A DNA stretch of 64,000 bases from Planctomycetota bacterium (GTDB taxonomy: Bacteria > Planctomycetota > Phycisphaerae > WQYP01): positions 50 to 64,049 of the forward strand of contig JAKAEB010000015.1 in NCBI GenBank assembly GCA_021818445.1. The letters are read 5' to 3'. The notes beneath the pieces are model-generated. The model did no database searches. It was not told the DNA's origin and saw only the letters and a list, made by a program, of their open reading frames with translations. Within the stretch, counting starts at the first letter, position 1. Every line of letters begins with the position of its first letter. Positions 41,231 to 51,784 of this stretch are shown here, piece after piece. The position numbers and the translations under genes are program-made.

Positions 41231-42478
41231 ATGGCGATTGGCAGTTTTGGATATCGGGCGCAGGTGGAGGGTGGTGGTGAGATTGTTGGGTCGATCAATG
41301 CGGCGGATGAGGCTGCGGCCCGGCAGACATTGGAATCATTAAAACTGCAGGTACGCGAATTGTGGCCCACTGGCAAGGCCATCAAGACGCGCCCGCTTAA
41401 TGCCGATGATTTTCGCGCTTTTAATCAGCAATTGGCGTTGCTGGTCAAGGCGGGCTTGCCTTTGGAGGCGGGCCTTGACCTGCTGGCCTCGGAACGCGGG
41501 GGTCGACGGCGAAATAAGGTCATAGACGCCATTAATGCCGATTTGAAAAGCGGCACGAGTTTGGCGGACGCCGTGGCCAAACGGGGACGGGATTTTCCAC
41601 CGGACTACGCCATGCTGCTGGAGGCGGGCGTCGAGACCAACAACCTGTCGCAGGTTTTAATAAATCTCGGAAGCCATCTTGAAATGCGGCAAAAATTACG
41701 CGATAGCCTTTTCAAGGCTTTTGGCTATCCGATGTTTGTGCTTGCGGCCATGATTGCCGTAGGCGCTTTTATGGGTTGGTACGTTTTTCCGCTGTTTGAT
41801 CGATTTATTATCCAGTCGAGGCATAACTCGTCGATCATGTGGCTTGGCCCGTCAAAGCAACTGCCATGGCCGACGGCCCTACTGTTTTTCCTTGGCGAGA
41901 ATACCACACCCATATTGATTATTATTTGCGCGGTGATCGTGATGGGAATTGCAATTTGGCTTTTGTTGCGGCGGCAGCCTGTCGGATTGACTTTGCGGGA
42001 TTGGGCAGCCGAGCATATGCCCTTATTTGGCCCCGCCGTGCGCGCGAGTTTAATTGCCCGATGGTGTGACGGGCTGCGCATGGGTGTTATCAGTGGGATG
42101 GATTTGCCACAGTCCATTGAACTGGCCGGCGCGGTGACGGGGTCACCCATGATGACGGCCTGCGGATCGAGCATGAATTTTGCCATATCACGCGGACTGC
42201 CAATTGATAAGGCGGTGGCGGAAACCGCCCTGCCGCCGACGATTGGCGTTGCGATACAGACCGGCATAACGTGCAATAATTTACCGGAAACACTCAATGT
42301 GCTCAGCGAGGGTTACAGCAAGGAAGCGCAAATTCGCATTGCCGCGCTGCCGGCGATTATTACGCCTGTGCTGCTGGTGATGTTGAGCCTGATTGTGATA
42401 TTGGTGTTCTCGGGTTTGATGGCCCCGTTCATCAGATTGCTCAACTCCCTCGTGTTACTCAACTCCTTCCTGAATTGA
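41231..42478 (+). CDS. gspF: type II secretion system inner-membrane platform protein (GspF/PilC family)
   Basis: Two T2SSF repeats, each with a cytoplasmic helical domain plus TM segments (FNQQLALLVKAGLPLEAGLDLL). The ATG lies 5 nt after the gspE stop. Confidence 0.8.
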   Translation: MAIGSFGYRAQVEGGGEIVGSINAADEAAARQTLESLKLQVRELWPTGKAIKTRPLNADDFRAFNQQLALLVKAGLPLEAGLDLLASERGGRRRNKVIDAINADLKSGTSLADAVAKRGRDFPPDYAMLLEAGVETNNLSQVLINLGSHLEMRQKLRDSLFKAFGYPMFVLAAMIAVGAFMGWYVFPLFDRFIIQSRHNSSIMWLGPSKQLPWPTALLFFLGENTTPILIIICAVIVMGIAIWLLLRRQPVGLTLRDWAAEHMPLFGPAVRASLIARWCDGLRMGVISGMDLPQSIELAGAVTGSPMMTACGSSMNFAISRGLPIDKAVAETALPPTIGVAIQTGITCNNLPETLNVLSEGYSKEAQIRIAALPAIITPVLLVMLSLIVILVFSGLMAPFIRLLNSLVLLNSFLN

Positions 42479-42517
42479 GGGGCACCGTCGCGATGTGCGC
42501 AATGGAGACGTGCAGAA

Positions 42518-43744
42518 ATGATAAAAGATTGGCGATTGAAGCTGGCACGCTGGATGATCCGTCACCGCAGTCGCCCTGTCCGTTTCGTGTCCGCGCTGCC
42601 CATGTGGCTGGTATTCTGGTGCATACCGATCGCGGGGATTATTTTCCTCGCCTTTGGCTATGCCATACTGCTGGTGCTGCCGGTGCTGGTGGTCGGTCGA
42701 TACTTTGTGGCCCGACGGACGGCGGATGTCGTGCTGGCAAAAATCGGCGACATCCTGCGTCTGAACCACCCGTTGGCCCAAACCCTTCAACGAATGGGTG
42801 AATTTGAACCGGGATTGATCGGCGTCCGCCTGATTACCATTGGAGAATTATTGTCCGAGGGCATGCCGGTCGCGGAATCTCTCCGTCTGGCCCTGCCTGA
42901 GATTGACGCTGGCCGCTTAGGTACCATCGCAACAGCCGAAAGCCAGGACATGCTGATTGAGGAATTCAGCCATCACGAATCGTGGCGCCAAACGTGGGAT
43001 ATTTTTACGGAGTTGGATACCGCGCAACTGGTTTATTTTGCTCTGCTGGCGTTGGCTGTGCCTATGACCGCGTACCTGATCTCAAGATTCGTCCTGCCGC
43101 GTTTTATGAGATGGCATATCGTAGCAGCGTTCTACCCGCATTCAATTCGGACTAATGGCCTCGTGGCGACGACACTTTTCATTACCGTGATTTTTATCCC
43201 CGTCATGATTGGTGGGGCATTACTGCGGCGGTTGGTGGTGCCGTTCTTCCGGCGGGCGGAATGGTTTTTATTCTGCGGCGATGCCCTGACGTGGCGGCTG
43301 CCAGTTTGGGGTCGACTGGTGCAGGCCCGGTCATGGGCGGCGGCCACCAGCGTTCTGGCCGCCGGCATAGAGCGCGGTGTTCCACTGCCGCAGAATTGCC
43401 GATTGGCCGCCGAAGCGGCACGCAACCGCGTGGCCCGTCGCCGATTGCGGTTTTGGGGGCAACTTGCTGAGGGTGGAGGTGAGGCGGCCGCGGCGGCCCG
43501 GCAAGCCCATCTTCCCAGGCGTATCCGCACCGTCATGACAATGCCGGGGGACATGCTTGGTGCAGGATTGAACACTCTCACCGAGGCGTATCGGCGCGAT
43601 TACCAGCGGACGATGAACTGGGTGCGGGCCGCCGGAATTCCGGTGACCGTTTTGTTTTTTGGTGCCGCCATTCTTGGCGTGATCTTAATGGTTTACTGGC
43701 CATATGCGGAATTGCTGGGGGCCCTTGCCAGGAGCGCACAATGA
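42518..43744 (+). CDS. second GspF-like polytopic membrane protein (divergent T2SSF paralog)
   Basis: It has membrane helices with T2SSF-like cytoplasmic segments (LSEGMPVAESLRLALPEIDAG ...). It is operonic between gspF and the pseudopilin genes. The similarity is weak. Confidence 0.4.
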   Translation: MIKDWRLKLARWMIRHRSRPVRFVSALPMWLVFWCIPIAGIIFLAFGYAILLVLPVLVVGRYFVARRTADVVLAKIGDILRLNHPLAQTLQRMGEFEPGLIGVRLITIGELLSEGMPVAESLRLALPEIDAGRLGTIATAESQDMLIEEFSHHESWRQTWDIFTELDTAQLVYFALLALAVPMTAYLISRFVLPRFMRWHIVAAFYPHSIRTNGLVATTLFITVIFIPVMIGGALLRRLVVPFFRRAEWFLFCGDALTWRLPVWGRLVQARSWAAATSVLAAGIERGVPLPQNCRLAAEAARNRVARRRLRFWGQLAEGGGEAAAAARQAHLPRRIRTVMTMPGDMLGAGLNTLTEAYRRDYQRTMNWVRAAGIPVTVLFFGAAILGVILMVYWPYAELLGALARSAQ

Positions 43745-44109
43745 AGCATTACAAGGCTTTTATCCTCATGGATTTATTACTCGGCATAGCCCTGCTGCTG
43801 ATCATCGCCGGCAGCTTTACCCGCATTTCAATCATGTATCGGCAGCGTTGCAGGCAACTTGCCGCCATTCGCCGGCACGCGCGAATGGAGGCATACATGG
43901 CGTACACACTGATGCGCCAGCATCCACATGCCGCGGCGATGCCTTCGGGCTGGCGACTTGCGGCCGTGCCGACCAGTCCAGCAAAGCAGGCGGCGCTTCC
44001 CGCTGGCTTCCACTGGATGGCCGTTCGTCCAGCGCATGACGGCAAGTTGCCGATGCTTTATTTCCTGCGAGAAGAAAAACATGCGACCAGCGCGGAGCCT
44101 GAACAATGA
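43741..44109 (+). CDS. pseudopilin-like protein with degenerate prepilin leader
   Basis: The N-terminus MKHYKAFILMDLLLGIALLLIIAGSF resembles a class III signal (K-A-F-x-L-x-[E]) but has Asp at the +5 position. The ATGA overlaps the upstream gene. Confidence 0.45.
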   Translation: MKHYKAFILMDLLLGIALLLIIAGSFTRISIMYRQRCRQLAAIRRHARMEAYMAYTLMRQHPHAAAMPSGWRLAAVPTSPAKQAALPAGFHWMAVRPAHDGKLPMLYFLREEKHATSAEPEQ

Positions 44110-44615
44110 ATACCGCAGGCCGACATATTCAAATGCAAATGCGAATCAGCCGCCGGGGCTTTTCCATTGTTGAGTGTGTGATCGCATTGCCCATCATGGC
44201 GATATTCCTTTTCATGGCCGCGCAGCTCTTTCACGGGTGCTGGGTGATGGTGCGTTACAGCGATGACCAAAGTACGCAGGTGGCGCAGCGGCAGATGATT
44301 ATCCGGCGCCTGCGAGCCGACGTGCACAGCAGTGACAACATTCGGCTTGTCAACCGTGGGTTGTTGGCCTGTCACACGCCGACGGGCATTATTGATTGGC
44401 AACTCACCCCGCGTGGAGTGGTGAAGCGGAAATGGCAGAGGGCACGACGCGGCCGGGGGCCCAGGGCCGCATGGCGGTCCGATGCGGTTATGCCGTCGGC
44501 ACATTTCAGTTTATCAACCGGGCATGTCTTGCATTTGGTGTATTTTGTCCACGGCTATCGAAGAGTTTTCACGACCATGCCAATCGCCTTTCTCCTGCCG
44601 AGGGGTCACCGATGA
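44106..44615 (+). CDS. prepilin-type N-terminal cleavage/methylation domain pseudopilin
   Basis: It carries RRGFSIVECVIALPIMAIFLF, a canonical G-F-S-x-x-E prepilin peptidase site followed by a hydrophobic helix. Confidence 0.6.
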   Translation: MNTAGRHIQMQMRISRRGFSIVECVIALPIMAIFLFMAAQLFHGCWVMVRYSDDQSTQVAQRQMIIRRLRADVHSSDNIRLVNRGLLACHTPTGIIDWQLTPRGVVKRKWQRARRGRGPRAAWRSDAVMPSAHFSLSTGHVLHLVYFVHGYRRVFTTMPIAFLLPRGHR

Positions 44616-45037
44616 ATCAAAATGTCCACAATCGCTTGCGGACCCAACCATCAACAGGGTGGAAACCGGGGGTGGCGATCATCACGGTGATATTTATGCT
44701 GGCTATTGTCGGCCTGAGCCTGGCGGTTATGGCCCGGGCATTCATGGGGCAGGCAGAATTGACGGCCCGCACCGTCGCGCGCCGTCAATTGTCGCTTCTT
44801 ATTGATGGCGCGGTGCAGATTGTCAAAGGCGAAGTCATGCGGAACGCCCCTCCGCGCAAGTTGCAGCTTATCGCTTTACCATTGGCCCTGGTTCGCCAGC
44901 GGGGGCGGTTGACCATAAGGATTGAAGCGACCGGGCCGGGGGTGGTGGCCTATCAAATTCACGGCCGCTACGATGGACTGCACCGCAAGCTTCTGCTGGC
45001 ATATGACCGTGAGACAGGTCGATGGGCCATCCGCTGA
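44612..45037 (+). CDS. GspK/minor-pseudopilin-like protein
   Basis: The N-terminal anchor KPGVAIITVIFMLAIVGLSLAVMA resembles GspK. It has an ATGA start-stop overlap with the previous gene, and GAGGGG upstream. Confidence 0.4.
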   Translation: MNQNVHNRLRTQPSTGWKPGVAIITVIFMLAIVGLSLAVMARAFMGQAELTARTVARRQLSLLIDGAVQIVKGEVMRNAPPRKLQLIALPLALVRQRGRLTIRIEATGPGVVAYQIHGRYDGLHRKLLLAYDRETGRWAIR

Positions 45038-45270
45038 TCAACTCTCCGACCGCACGCCTTGGGGAGGGTTTTCGCGGTCGGCTTGCTGGTAGTTGACTCT
45101 TTGGTGAATGCCTAATGGGCCACGATAGACGGTGATGGGTTTTGCGGGCACGATCACCGGGCAAGCCCGGCGGCTCGCTGGTTATGTCATCGGATTATTT
45201 TCGCGCTGTTCGGCCGTTGGGATACACCGGGCAAGCCTGCGCCGGTGCAAACAGGGCAGAAATCTCGCGA

Positions 45271-45957
45271 TTACCGCGCTATCTTGTAATGCGTAAGCTG
45301 TGCCACCATGTGATTGCTGCTGCGTTCAACGAGCCCGACTCCTCTGGCATAATATTCCGTCATTTTAATACGCATGTGCCGCGTCTGCACCTGCCCCGCG
45401 ACGGCAACCACGCTGGTGATATCCTCGGTCACCTTTACCCGGCAGCACTTAAATTTTCCTGCGGGCACGGTGACGTGCCTGAATCCGGTAATTGTCAGGT
45501 GGGATGCGACTGTAGTGTGAACCAGTACAACAAACGGCCCGCTTGAGGCTGTGGATTTGTCGGTCATGGCATATTTCCACTGGTAGCCAGGCTTCCAGAG
45601 GGATGTTTTGGGGATTACCACCCCGGATGTACGGACGATTTTGATTTTAATTTTTCGGCCCTGCATTTTGCGAATCTGCACGTTGCCGAGGTCTGCCGAT
45701 ACCCAACCCTGCGGCGAGCGTTTGAAGTGCATCACCGCGGCGACGCTGCCGGTCTGTTTTTCGGTGAAGTGTGTGGGAGTTGAGGCTGTGATGGTTTGCG
45801 TAAATGCCGGCCCGCCATGGGAATATTGGTAACTCCAGGACGACCCCTTGGTGGTTGGAAAAATGGTACCGGCACCCTGCGCAACGCCGCCCACGCAACC
45901 AAAAAGGAGGAAGCTCAGCAGCACCACACGCCGCGCCATGTTGAGTGAATTATGCAT
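45271..45957 (-). CDS. secreted hypothetical protein (signal peptide, beta-rich)
   Basis: The N-terminal signal peptide is MARRVVLLSFLLFGCVGGVAQGAG. No recognisable catalytic motif is present. Confidence 0.4.
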   Translation of the reverse strand: MHNSLNMARRVVLLSFLLFGCVGGVAQGAGTIFPTTKGSSWSYQYSHGGPAFTQTITASTPTHFTEKQTGSVAAVMHFKRSPQGWVSADLGNVQIRKMQGRKIKIKIVRTSGVVIPKTSLWKPGYQWKYAMTDKSTASSGPFVVLVHTTVASHLTITGFRHVTVPAGKFKCCRVKVTEDITSVVAVAGQVQTRHMRIKMTEYYARGVGLVERSSNHMVAQLTHYKIAR

Positions 45958-46109
45958 TAGTATCTCCTGCCACGAAAGAAGATTATTTCAGATTGCGTGG
46001 CAGAGTGCAAATGCTGCACGGGCATTTCCAATCTTCGAAAGGCATGTGGAAATGGTGTCGGATGGGCTTGGGGATCTTCACACCGACCCGGCGGTTTTAC
46101 ACTGGTTAT

Positions 46110-48869
46110 CTACGCCTGATGAGAGGTGGGAAGCTTGCTGCATAATTCACGAAAAGCTTTAAGTGCTTCCCAGGCCTGCATGGGAGACATGCGTTCCAGA
46201 TCGAGCGACTGAATCTGCGAAACGATCTGCGTGCCCAGCGGGTCGAACATATTGACCTGCCCGCTGGCGCGCGTGGCCGCCGCCCTGGGACGCGGCCGCC
46301 CCACCTGAACCGTCAATTGATCCATCAGGCGGCGAGCGCGCTCCACCACGTTGCGTGGCACACCCGCCAGACGGGCTACGTGCACGCCATACGATTTATC
46401 CGCCCGGCCGGGCACAATGCGATGCATGAAGAGTATCTGATCCTGCCATTCTCGCACCAGCACGCTCGCATTGCGTATTTTTTCCGATGTGTCGGCAAGT
46501 TCGGTCAATTCGTGATAGTGGGTGGCGAAAAGGGTGCGGCAACCCACGTGATCCGACAGATGCTCGGCAATGGCCCACGCCAAGGCTAAGCCGTCGAGGG
46601 TGCTGGTTCCCCGCCCCACTTCGTCCAAAATTACCAGCGCATCGGGCGAGGCGTGCAGCAGGATGTCCGCCGTCTCCACCATTTCCACCATGAAGGTGGA
46701 CTGGCCGGCGGCCAGATCGTCCGATGCCCCAATGCGTGTGAAGATGCGGTCCACCAGGCCGACGGTGGCCTCCTTGGCCGGGACGTAGAGGCCCGCCTGG
46801 GCCATGAGAGTAATAAGGGCGGCCTGACGGATGTAGGTTGATTTACCGGCCATATTGGGGCCGGTGATCAGGTGCAGCACGGCACCACCGGGTTCGAAGA
46901 GCAGATCATTGGCGACAAATTTTTCCCGCAGAAGTTTTTCCAGCACGGGATGGCGGCCATCAATGATGCGCATCTCCCGCTGCGTGGTGACAACCGGGCG
47001 GCAGTACCCGCGCAGGCGTGCCACGTGAGCACTGCACAAAAGCACATCAATCTCTGCCACCTGCCGTGCGAGGCTTTGAAGGGCTGGCACATATTCCGCC
47101 AGCGCCCGCAGCAGGGCCTGATACACATCGGCCTCGAGCGCGATGGATCGGTCGCGCGATGTGAGCGCTTTGGATTCATAATCCTTGAGTTCGGGAGTGA
47201 TGTATCGCTCGGCATTTTTAACGGTCTGGCGGCGGATAAATTCCGCGGGCATGCGGCCGGCACTGGCGTGGGATACCTCGATGTAAAATCCGAAAACTTT
47301 ATTAAATCCAACCTTCAGATTGGCGATGCCGGTAGTCTTGATGAGATTATTCTGATAATCCGTCAGCCACTGACGGGAGTCGCCGGCAAAGGCTCGAAGG
47401 TTATCCAATTCCGTGTGCACGCCCGCTTTGATGTATCCCCCTTCCCGGGTGTGGGCGGGCGGGTCATCCACGATATGACTGCGGATTTTTTCAGCGACCG
47501 GCATGACGGCATCCAGACCGGAGCGCAGCGATGCGAGACAGGATGGGTGGGGTGATTGCTGAGCCAGTACACCGGCGATACCACCAACGGCCTCAATGGA
47601 GCGGGCCAGGGCGTTAAGTTCGCGCGGGCCGACACGTCCGAGGGCAATTCGGGCACAGGATCGTTCGATATCGCCCACATCGGTGATGAGAAGCCGACAT
47701 TGTTCCAATAATTTGGGGGCATCAATAAATTCTGCCGTGCGGTCGAGGCGCTGGTTGATGATGGCCGGATCGCGCAGGGGAAAGAGCACCCAATTTTTCA
47801 GCAGCCGGGCACCCATGGGTGTGCGGGTTTCATCCAAGGCACCGACCAGCGAGCCTTCGGTGCTGTTAAGCCGATAGGATCGCACGAGTTCAAGCGATTT
47901 AATCGATGCGCCGTCGATAATCAGATGCCGCCGGCGGTCAAAGGGTTGGGGCGGAGGCAGATGGCCGATGGCGGCCAACTGAGTTTCGGCGAGGTAGCTG
48001 ATAATCAGGCCGGCGGCACACAGAGCCGGATCGGCGGGGTTGTCATATCCAAAGGCGGTGAGTTGGGCCACGCCGTAATGATTACGTAATGTTTCTGCGG
48101 CCCGGTGCGACTGAGCCTGCCACGCCGGACGCACAGTGAGTGTCATGCGGCGGGCGTCGGCGAGTTGGGCAACCGTGCTGGCGGGCCGATGGTCCGGCCC
48201 CTCGGCGGTGAGCAATTCACGCGGATTGATCCGGGCCAGTTCGCCGAGGCAGACCGTGACGGTGTCAACCAGGGTTAAAAATTTACCGGTGGATAAATCG
48301 CACCACGCCAGCGCGGCGGTTGGTTCATCCACGTCAAGCAGGCCGGTATCTGCATGGAGATCCGCCTCACCATGCACCCCGCTTTTTTCCGGCAGGATGA
48401 TGGCGGCGAGAAAATTTTCCTCTCCCGCCGGCAGCAGGTTATCTTCCGTAAGGGTGCCGGGGGTTATTAATCGCGTCACGCGGCGGTCAATAACGCCTTT
48501 GGCGTCTTTGGGGTCCTGCACCTGCTCGCACATGGCCACCCGATAGCCGGCGGTGATCATACGCTGCAAATACCCATCGACAGCATGGTGGGGCACACCC
48601 GCCATGGGAATGGGATTTTCGCCCTTGCTGCGGCTTGTCAGGGCGATGCCAAGTACGCGTGCCACGGTGCGGGCATCTTCGTAGAAGGTTTCGTAAAAAT
48701 CTCCCATACGGAAAAAGAGAATCGCTTCGGGATATTGGGCTTTGTACATCTGATATTGCCGCATGGCCGGGGTTAAATCAGCGGCGCTGATCGAGGCAAT
48801 GGGGGTAACATTTTCCGGCGAGACTTCAGGCATGGGCGAGAGTATATCGCCCGGGGGGAAAAGCACCAA
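46110..48869 (-). CDS. mutS: DNA mismatch repair protein MutS
   Basis: 919 aa with the N-terminal mismatch-binding domain (FYETFYEDA), the ABC ATPase Walker A (GPNMAGKSTYIRQ) and the DEVGRGTSTLDG signature. Confidence 0.95.
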   Translation of the reverse strand: MVLFPPGDILSPMPEVSPENVTPIASISAADLTPAMRQYQMYKAQYPEAILFFRMGDFYETFYEDARTVARVLGIALTSRSKGENPIPMAGVPHHAVDGYLQRMITAGYRVAMCEQVQDPKDAKGVIDRRVTRLITPGTLTEDNLLPAGEENFLAAIILPEKSGVHGEADLHADTGLLDVDEPTAALAWCDLSTGKFLTLVDTVTVCLGELARINPRELLTAEGPDHRPASTVAQLADARRMTLTVRPAWQAQSHRAAETLRNHYGVAQLTAFGYDNPADPALCAAGLIISYLAETQLAAIGHLPPPQPFDRRRHLIIDGASIKSLELVRSYRLNSTEGSLVGALDETRTPMGARLLKNWVLFPLRDPAIINQRLDRTAEFIDAPKLLEQCRLLITDVGDIERSCARIALGRVGPRELNALARSIEAVGGIAGVLAQQSPHPSCLASLRSGLDAVMPVAEKIRSHIVDDPPAHTREGGYIKAGVHTELDNLRAFAGDSRQWLTDYQNNLIKTTGIANLKVGFNKVFGFYIEVSHASAGRMPAEFIRRQTVKNAERYITPELKDYESKALTSRDRSIALEADVYQALLRALAEYVPALQSLARQVAEIDVLLCSAHVARLRGYCRPVVTTQREMRIIDGRHPVLEKLLREKFVANDLLFEPGGAVLHLITGPNMAGKSTYIRQAALITLMAQAGLYVPAKEATVGLVDRIFTRIGASDDLAAGQSTFMVEMVETADILLHASPDALVILDEVGRGTSTLDGLALAWAIAEHLSDHVGCRTLFATHYHELTELADTSEKIRNASVLVREWQDQILFMHRIVPGRADKSYGVHVARLAGVPRNVVERARRLMDQLTVQVGRPRPRAAATRASGQVNMFDPLGTQIVSQIQSLDLERMSPMQAWEALKAFRELCSKLPTSHQA

Positions 48870-49035
48870 AAAATGGTTTGGGGGCGGAAACGTGTGCGGT
48901 GCATTTTATCTTTAGCGGGCGGTTTTTCGTCGGAGGCGCTTGCTATTTGAATGGCGATTGTCTAACTTCGTCAGGGTGTAATTTTTGACCAAGCCTGCGG
49001 ACAGGGGCCAAATGCACCGCCGGAGAAGTTGACAG

Positions 49036-50367
49036 ATGGATAGCGTGAAAACCAAGTTGCCATTCCACATTCTGGCCAAGCCGATCGGGCCAATCTGCAA
49101 TTTGGACTGCCAATATTGCTTTTACCTCCGCAAGGAGGCGATGTTTCCCGATCATCATGCCGCCAGCGATTTTCGCATGAATGATCGGACATTGGAGGCA
49201 TTTGTTCAGCAGAATATTGAATCCAGCCCCCGATCGCAGATTGATTTCGCCTGGCAAGGTGGCGAGCCGACGTTGATGGGGCTGGATTTTTTTCGTCGGG
49301 CAGTGGAATTGCAGAAGCGCTACTGTCCGGAGGGAAAAACGATTACCAATGCCATTCAGACCAACGGCACGCTGTTGAATGACGAATGGGGCGAATTTTT
49401 AGCCAAGCATAAGTTTCTGGTGGGGATATCGATTGATGGGCCGCGTGAACTTCATGACCGCTACCGGGTGGATCGAGGAGGTCGTCCCACGTTTGACCGG
49501 GTGATGCAGGGGCTGGCCGTGCTTAAAAAGCATGGCGCAGAATTTAACACCCTGACCGTGGTGCATCGGGAGCTGGCGCACCATCCTCTGGAAGTCTATG
49601 ACTTTTTATTGGAGATTGGCAGCCGCTACCTGCAGTTCATCCCGCTGGTGGAGAGGCTGGAACAGACACAATCACCGACCGCCATACCTATTCTGGGGCA
49701 GGATGCCGGGGTGGCACCATGGTCGGTGGAGCCGCTGTCATTCGGCATTTTTTTGTCGGATATTTTTGACCGTTGGGTGTCGCGGGATGTCGGCCGGGTT
49801 TTTGTCCAGACGTTTGATGTGCAGGTGGGTATCTGGGCGGGATATCCGTCCATGCTGTGTCTATTTGGCGACACGTGCGGCCGGGCGTTGGCCATTGAAC
49901 ACACGGGCGATTTATATTCTTGCGATCATTTTGTGAGTCCACCCTACCGACTGGGCAATATTCTCGATGAGCCGATGGGTAAGATGGTAGATGGAGCACA
50001 GCAGCAGAAATTTGGCAATGACAAGCGGGATACGCTACCGCAATATTGCCGCTCGTGCGAGGTCCGATTTGCGTGCAATGGGGAATGCCCGAAGAACCGG
50101 TTTATTTCCACGCCGGACGGTGAGCCGGGGCTTAATTACCTTTGCGCAGGCTACAAGCACTTTCTTAATCACATCCGCCCCGAAATGGAAATCATGGCAG
50201 CCCTGATAAAAAATGGTCGCAGCGCTGCCGAGGTGATGCAGATTTGCAAGGCGGGCAAAACGTTGGCACCGCAGGACATTACGCCAGCACGAAATCGTCC
50301 CTGCCGATGTGGATCGGGCAAAAAGTTTAAACACTGTTGCGGCAGCGGTGAGGCATCCGGGAATTGA
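49036..50367 (+). CDS. anaerobic sulfatase-maturating enzyme (radical SAM, SPASM domain) with C-terminal SEC-C motif
   Basis: The region FHILAKPIGPICNLDCQYCFY carries the CxxxCxxC radical-SAM cluster. Auxiliary-cluster cysteines follow. The C-terminal RNRPCRCGSGKKFKHCCG is a SEC-C metal-binding tail. Confidence 0.85.
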   Translation: MDSVKTKLPFHILAKPIGPICNLDCQYCFYLRKEAMFPDHHAASDFRMNDRTLEAFVQQNIESSPRSQIDFAWQGGEPTLMGLDFFRRAVELQKRYCPEGKTITNAIQTNGTLLNDEWGEFLAKHKFLVGISIDGPRELHDRYRVDRGGRPTFDRVMQGLAVLKKHGAEFNTLTVVHRELAHHPLEVYDFLLEIGSRYLQFIPLVERLEQTQSPTAIPILGQDAGVAPWSVEPLSFGIFLSDIFDRWVSRDVGRVFVQTFDVQVGIWAGYPSMLCLFGDTCGRALAIEHTGDLYSCDHFVSPPYRLGNILDEPMGKMVDGAQQQKFGNDKRDTLPQYCRSCEVRFACNGECPKNRFISTPDGEPGLNYLCAGYKHFLNHIRPEMEIMAALIKNGRSAAEVMQICKAGKTLAPQDITPARNRPCRCGSGKKFKHCCGSGEASGN

Positions 50368-50557
50368 CCGGCGGATGCGATAGGCGTACCGCAGGGCGTG
50401 GCCAATTTTCCTTGGGAGGCGAAGTTGCCGCAAAACTAACGATTGGCGAGGTTTATCGGGGCATTCCCTAAATGCCCAGACGCGTTACTATAGCCGCGGT
50501 CCCAAGGGTACCGGGAAAAATGGCTCTGCGCGGAGCGCGCCGTCTTTAACTGGGTAA

Positions 50558-50586
50558 TTGACAGGCAGGCGGCGGTGTATAAACTA
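50558..50586 (+). promoter_or_regulatory. candidate sigma70-type promoter for rplM-rpsI
   Basis: A TTGACA box at 50558-50563 and TATAAA/TAAACT at 50578-50586 give 14-16 nt spacing. The element lies ~160 nt upstream of rplM. Confidence 0.3.
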
Positions 50587-50743
50587 TAGGGTTTCTGCCG
50601 CGCGAGGGGAATCGCGCCCGGCAGACCAATGAGCGTATCGACTCGGTGTAAGCCGCGTCTCTGTTCTTTTGGCAGAAATTTCCCCGCGTGTTCGACGTTT
50701 GTTCGAGCTGTTACTAATGGCTGATCGGGAAGTGATGTGACCT

Positions 50744-51214
50744 ATGGCGGTAGCTGAATTGAAAAGAAAGGTGCGAACCACGGCGGCCAAAACCACGCTG
50801 GCACGGGTTGGGCACACGGATAATCGGTGGTATGTGGTGGATGCCTCGGGCAAGACCTTGGGGCGTTTGGCGACGGAAATCGCCACCCGCCTGATGGGCA
50901 AGCACAAGCCGATCTATACGCCGACCGTGGACGTGGGTGACTTTATTGTGGTACTTAACACCAGCAAAGTTAAGGTGACCGGTCGCAAATTGGACCAGCG
51001 TGAATATGACTATTACACGTATTACACCAGCGGTCGCCGGGTCAAACCGATGCGGGATGTGTTGCAGAAACATCCCAACTTGGTGATGCGGATGGCGGTA
51101 AAACGTATGTTGCCGAAGACCAAAATGGGTGTCCAGATGCTTTCCAAGTTGAAATGCTACGCGGGTGGGGAGCATCCCCACGCGGCCCAGCGTCCGGAAA
51201 TGTTGAATCTTTGA
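50744..51214 (+). CDS. rplM: 50S ribosomal protein L13
   Basis: The sequence WYVVDASGKTLGRLATEIATRLMGKHKPIYTPTVDVGDFIVVLN is the L13 signature region. Confidence 0.9.
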   Translation: MAVAELKRKVRTTAAKTTLARVGHTDNRWYVVDASGKTLGRLATEIATRLMGKHKPIYTPTVDVGDFIVVLNTSKVKVTGRKLDQREYDYYTYYTSGRRVKPMRDVLQKHPNLVMRMAVKRMLPKTKMGVQMLSKLKCYAGGEHPHAAQRPEMLNL

Positions 51215-51289
51215 GTCTAAGTGTCTGCCGAGTCCACCGATGGACGGGCGGACGGCTTAATGTGGTTTATTTGGTGAGAAAAGACAAAG

Positions 51290-51748
51290 ATGAGTGAAAC
51301 AGCAACAACAGAAGCGCCCGTAGCGGCGGCCTCGTCGGGGAAGATTGTGACATCGGGCGGAAAGCTGATTTTCTGGGGCACGGGCCGCCGGAAAGAATCG
51401 GTAGCCCGCGTGCGATTGATGGCTGGCGAGGGAAAGCTGATCGTCAATGGCCGTGAAATCGAGAATTTTTTCACCGAGCCCCAACATCGGCAGCAGATAT
51501 TAGCACCGCTGACTTCGGCCGGTCTGATTGGCAAAGTGGATGTGCTGGTGCGGGTACATGGCGGCGGGATTACAGGGCAGGCCGGAGCCATCGTTCAGGG
51601 GTTGGGCCGATCCATCATCCTTTATGACATCAATTTACGAAAGACCATGCAGGACGGCGGCTTTTTGACGCGCGACAGCCGTATGAAGGAACGTAAGAAA
51701 TATGGTCTTCGCGGTGCCCGTCGGGCCTTCCAGTTCAGCAAGCGCTGA
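51290..51748 (+). CDS. rpsI: 30S ribosomal protein S9
   Basis: The C-terminus KKYGLRGARRAFQFSKR matches S9. It sits directly downstream of rplM, the conserved operon order. Confidence 0.9.
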   Translation: MSETATTEAPVAAASSGKIVTSGGKLIFWGTGRRKESVARVRLMAGEGKLIVNGREIENFFTEPQHRQQILAPLTSAGLIGKVDVLVRVHGGGITGQAGAIVQGLGRSIILYDINLRKTMQDGGFLTRDSRMKERKKYGLRGARRAFQFSKR

Positions 51749-51784
51749 TGGCGTTTGTTTTACAATAAAGCGAATTTTACCAAA

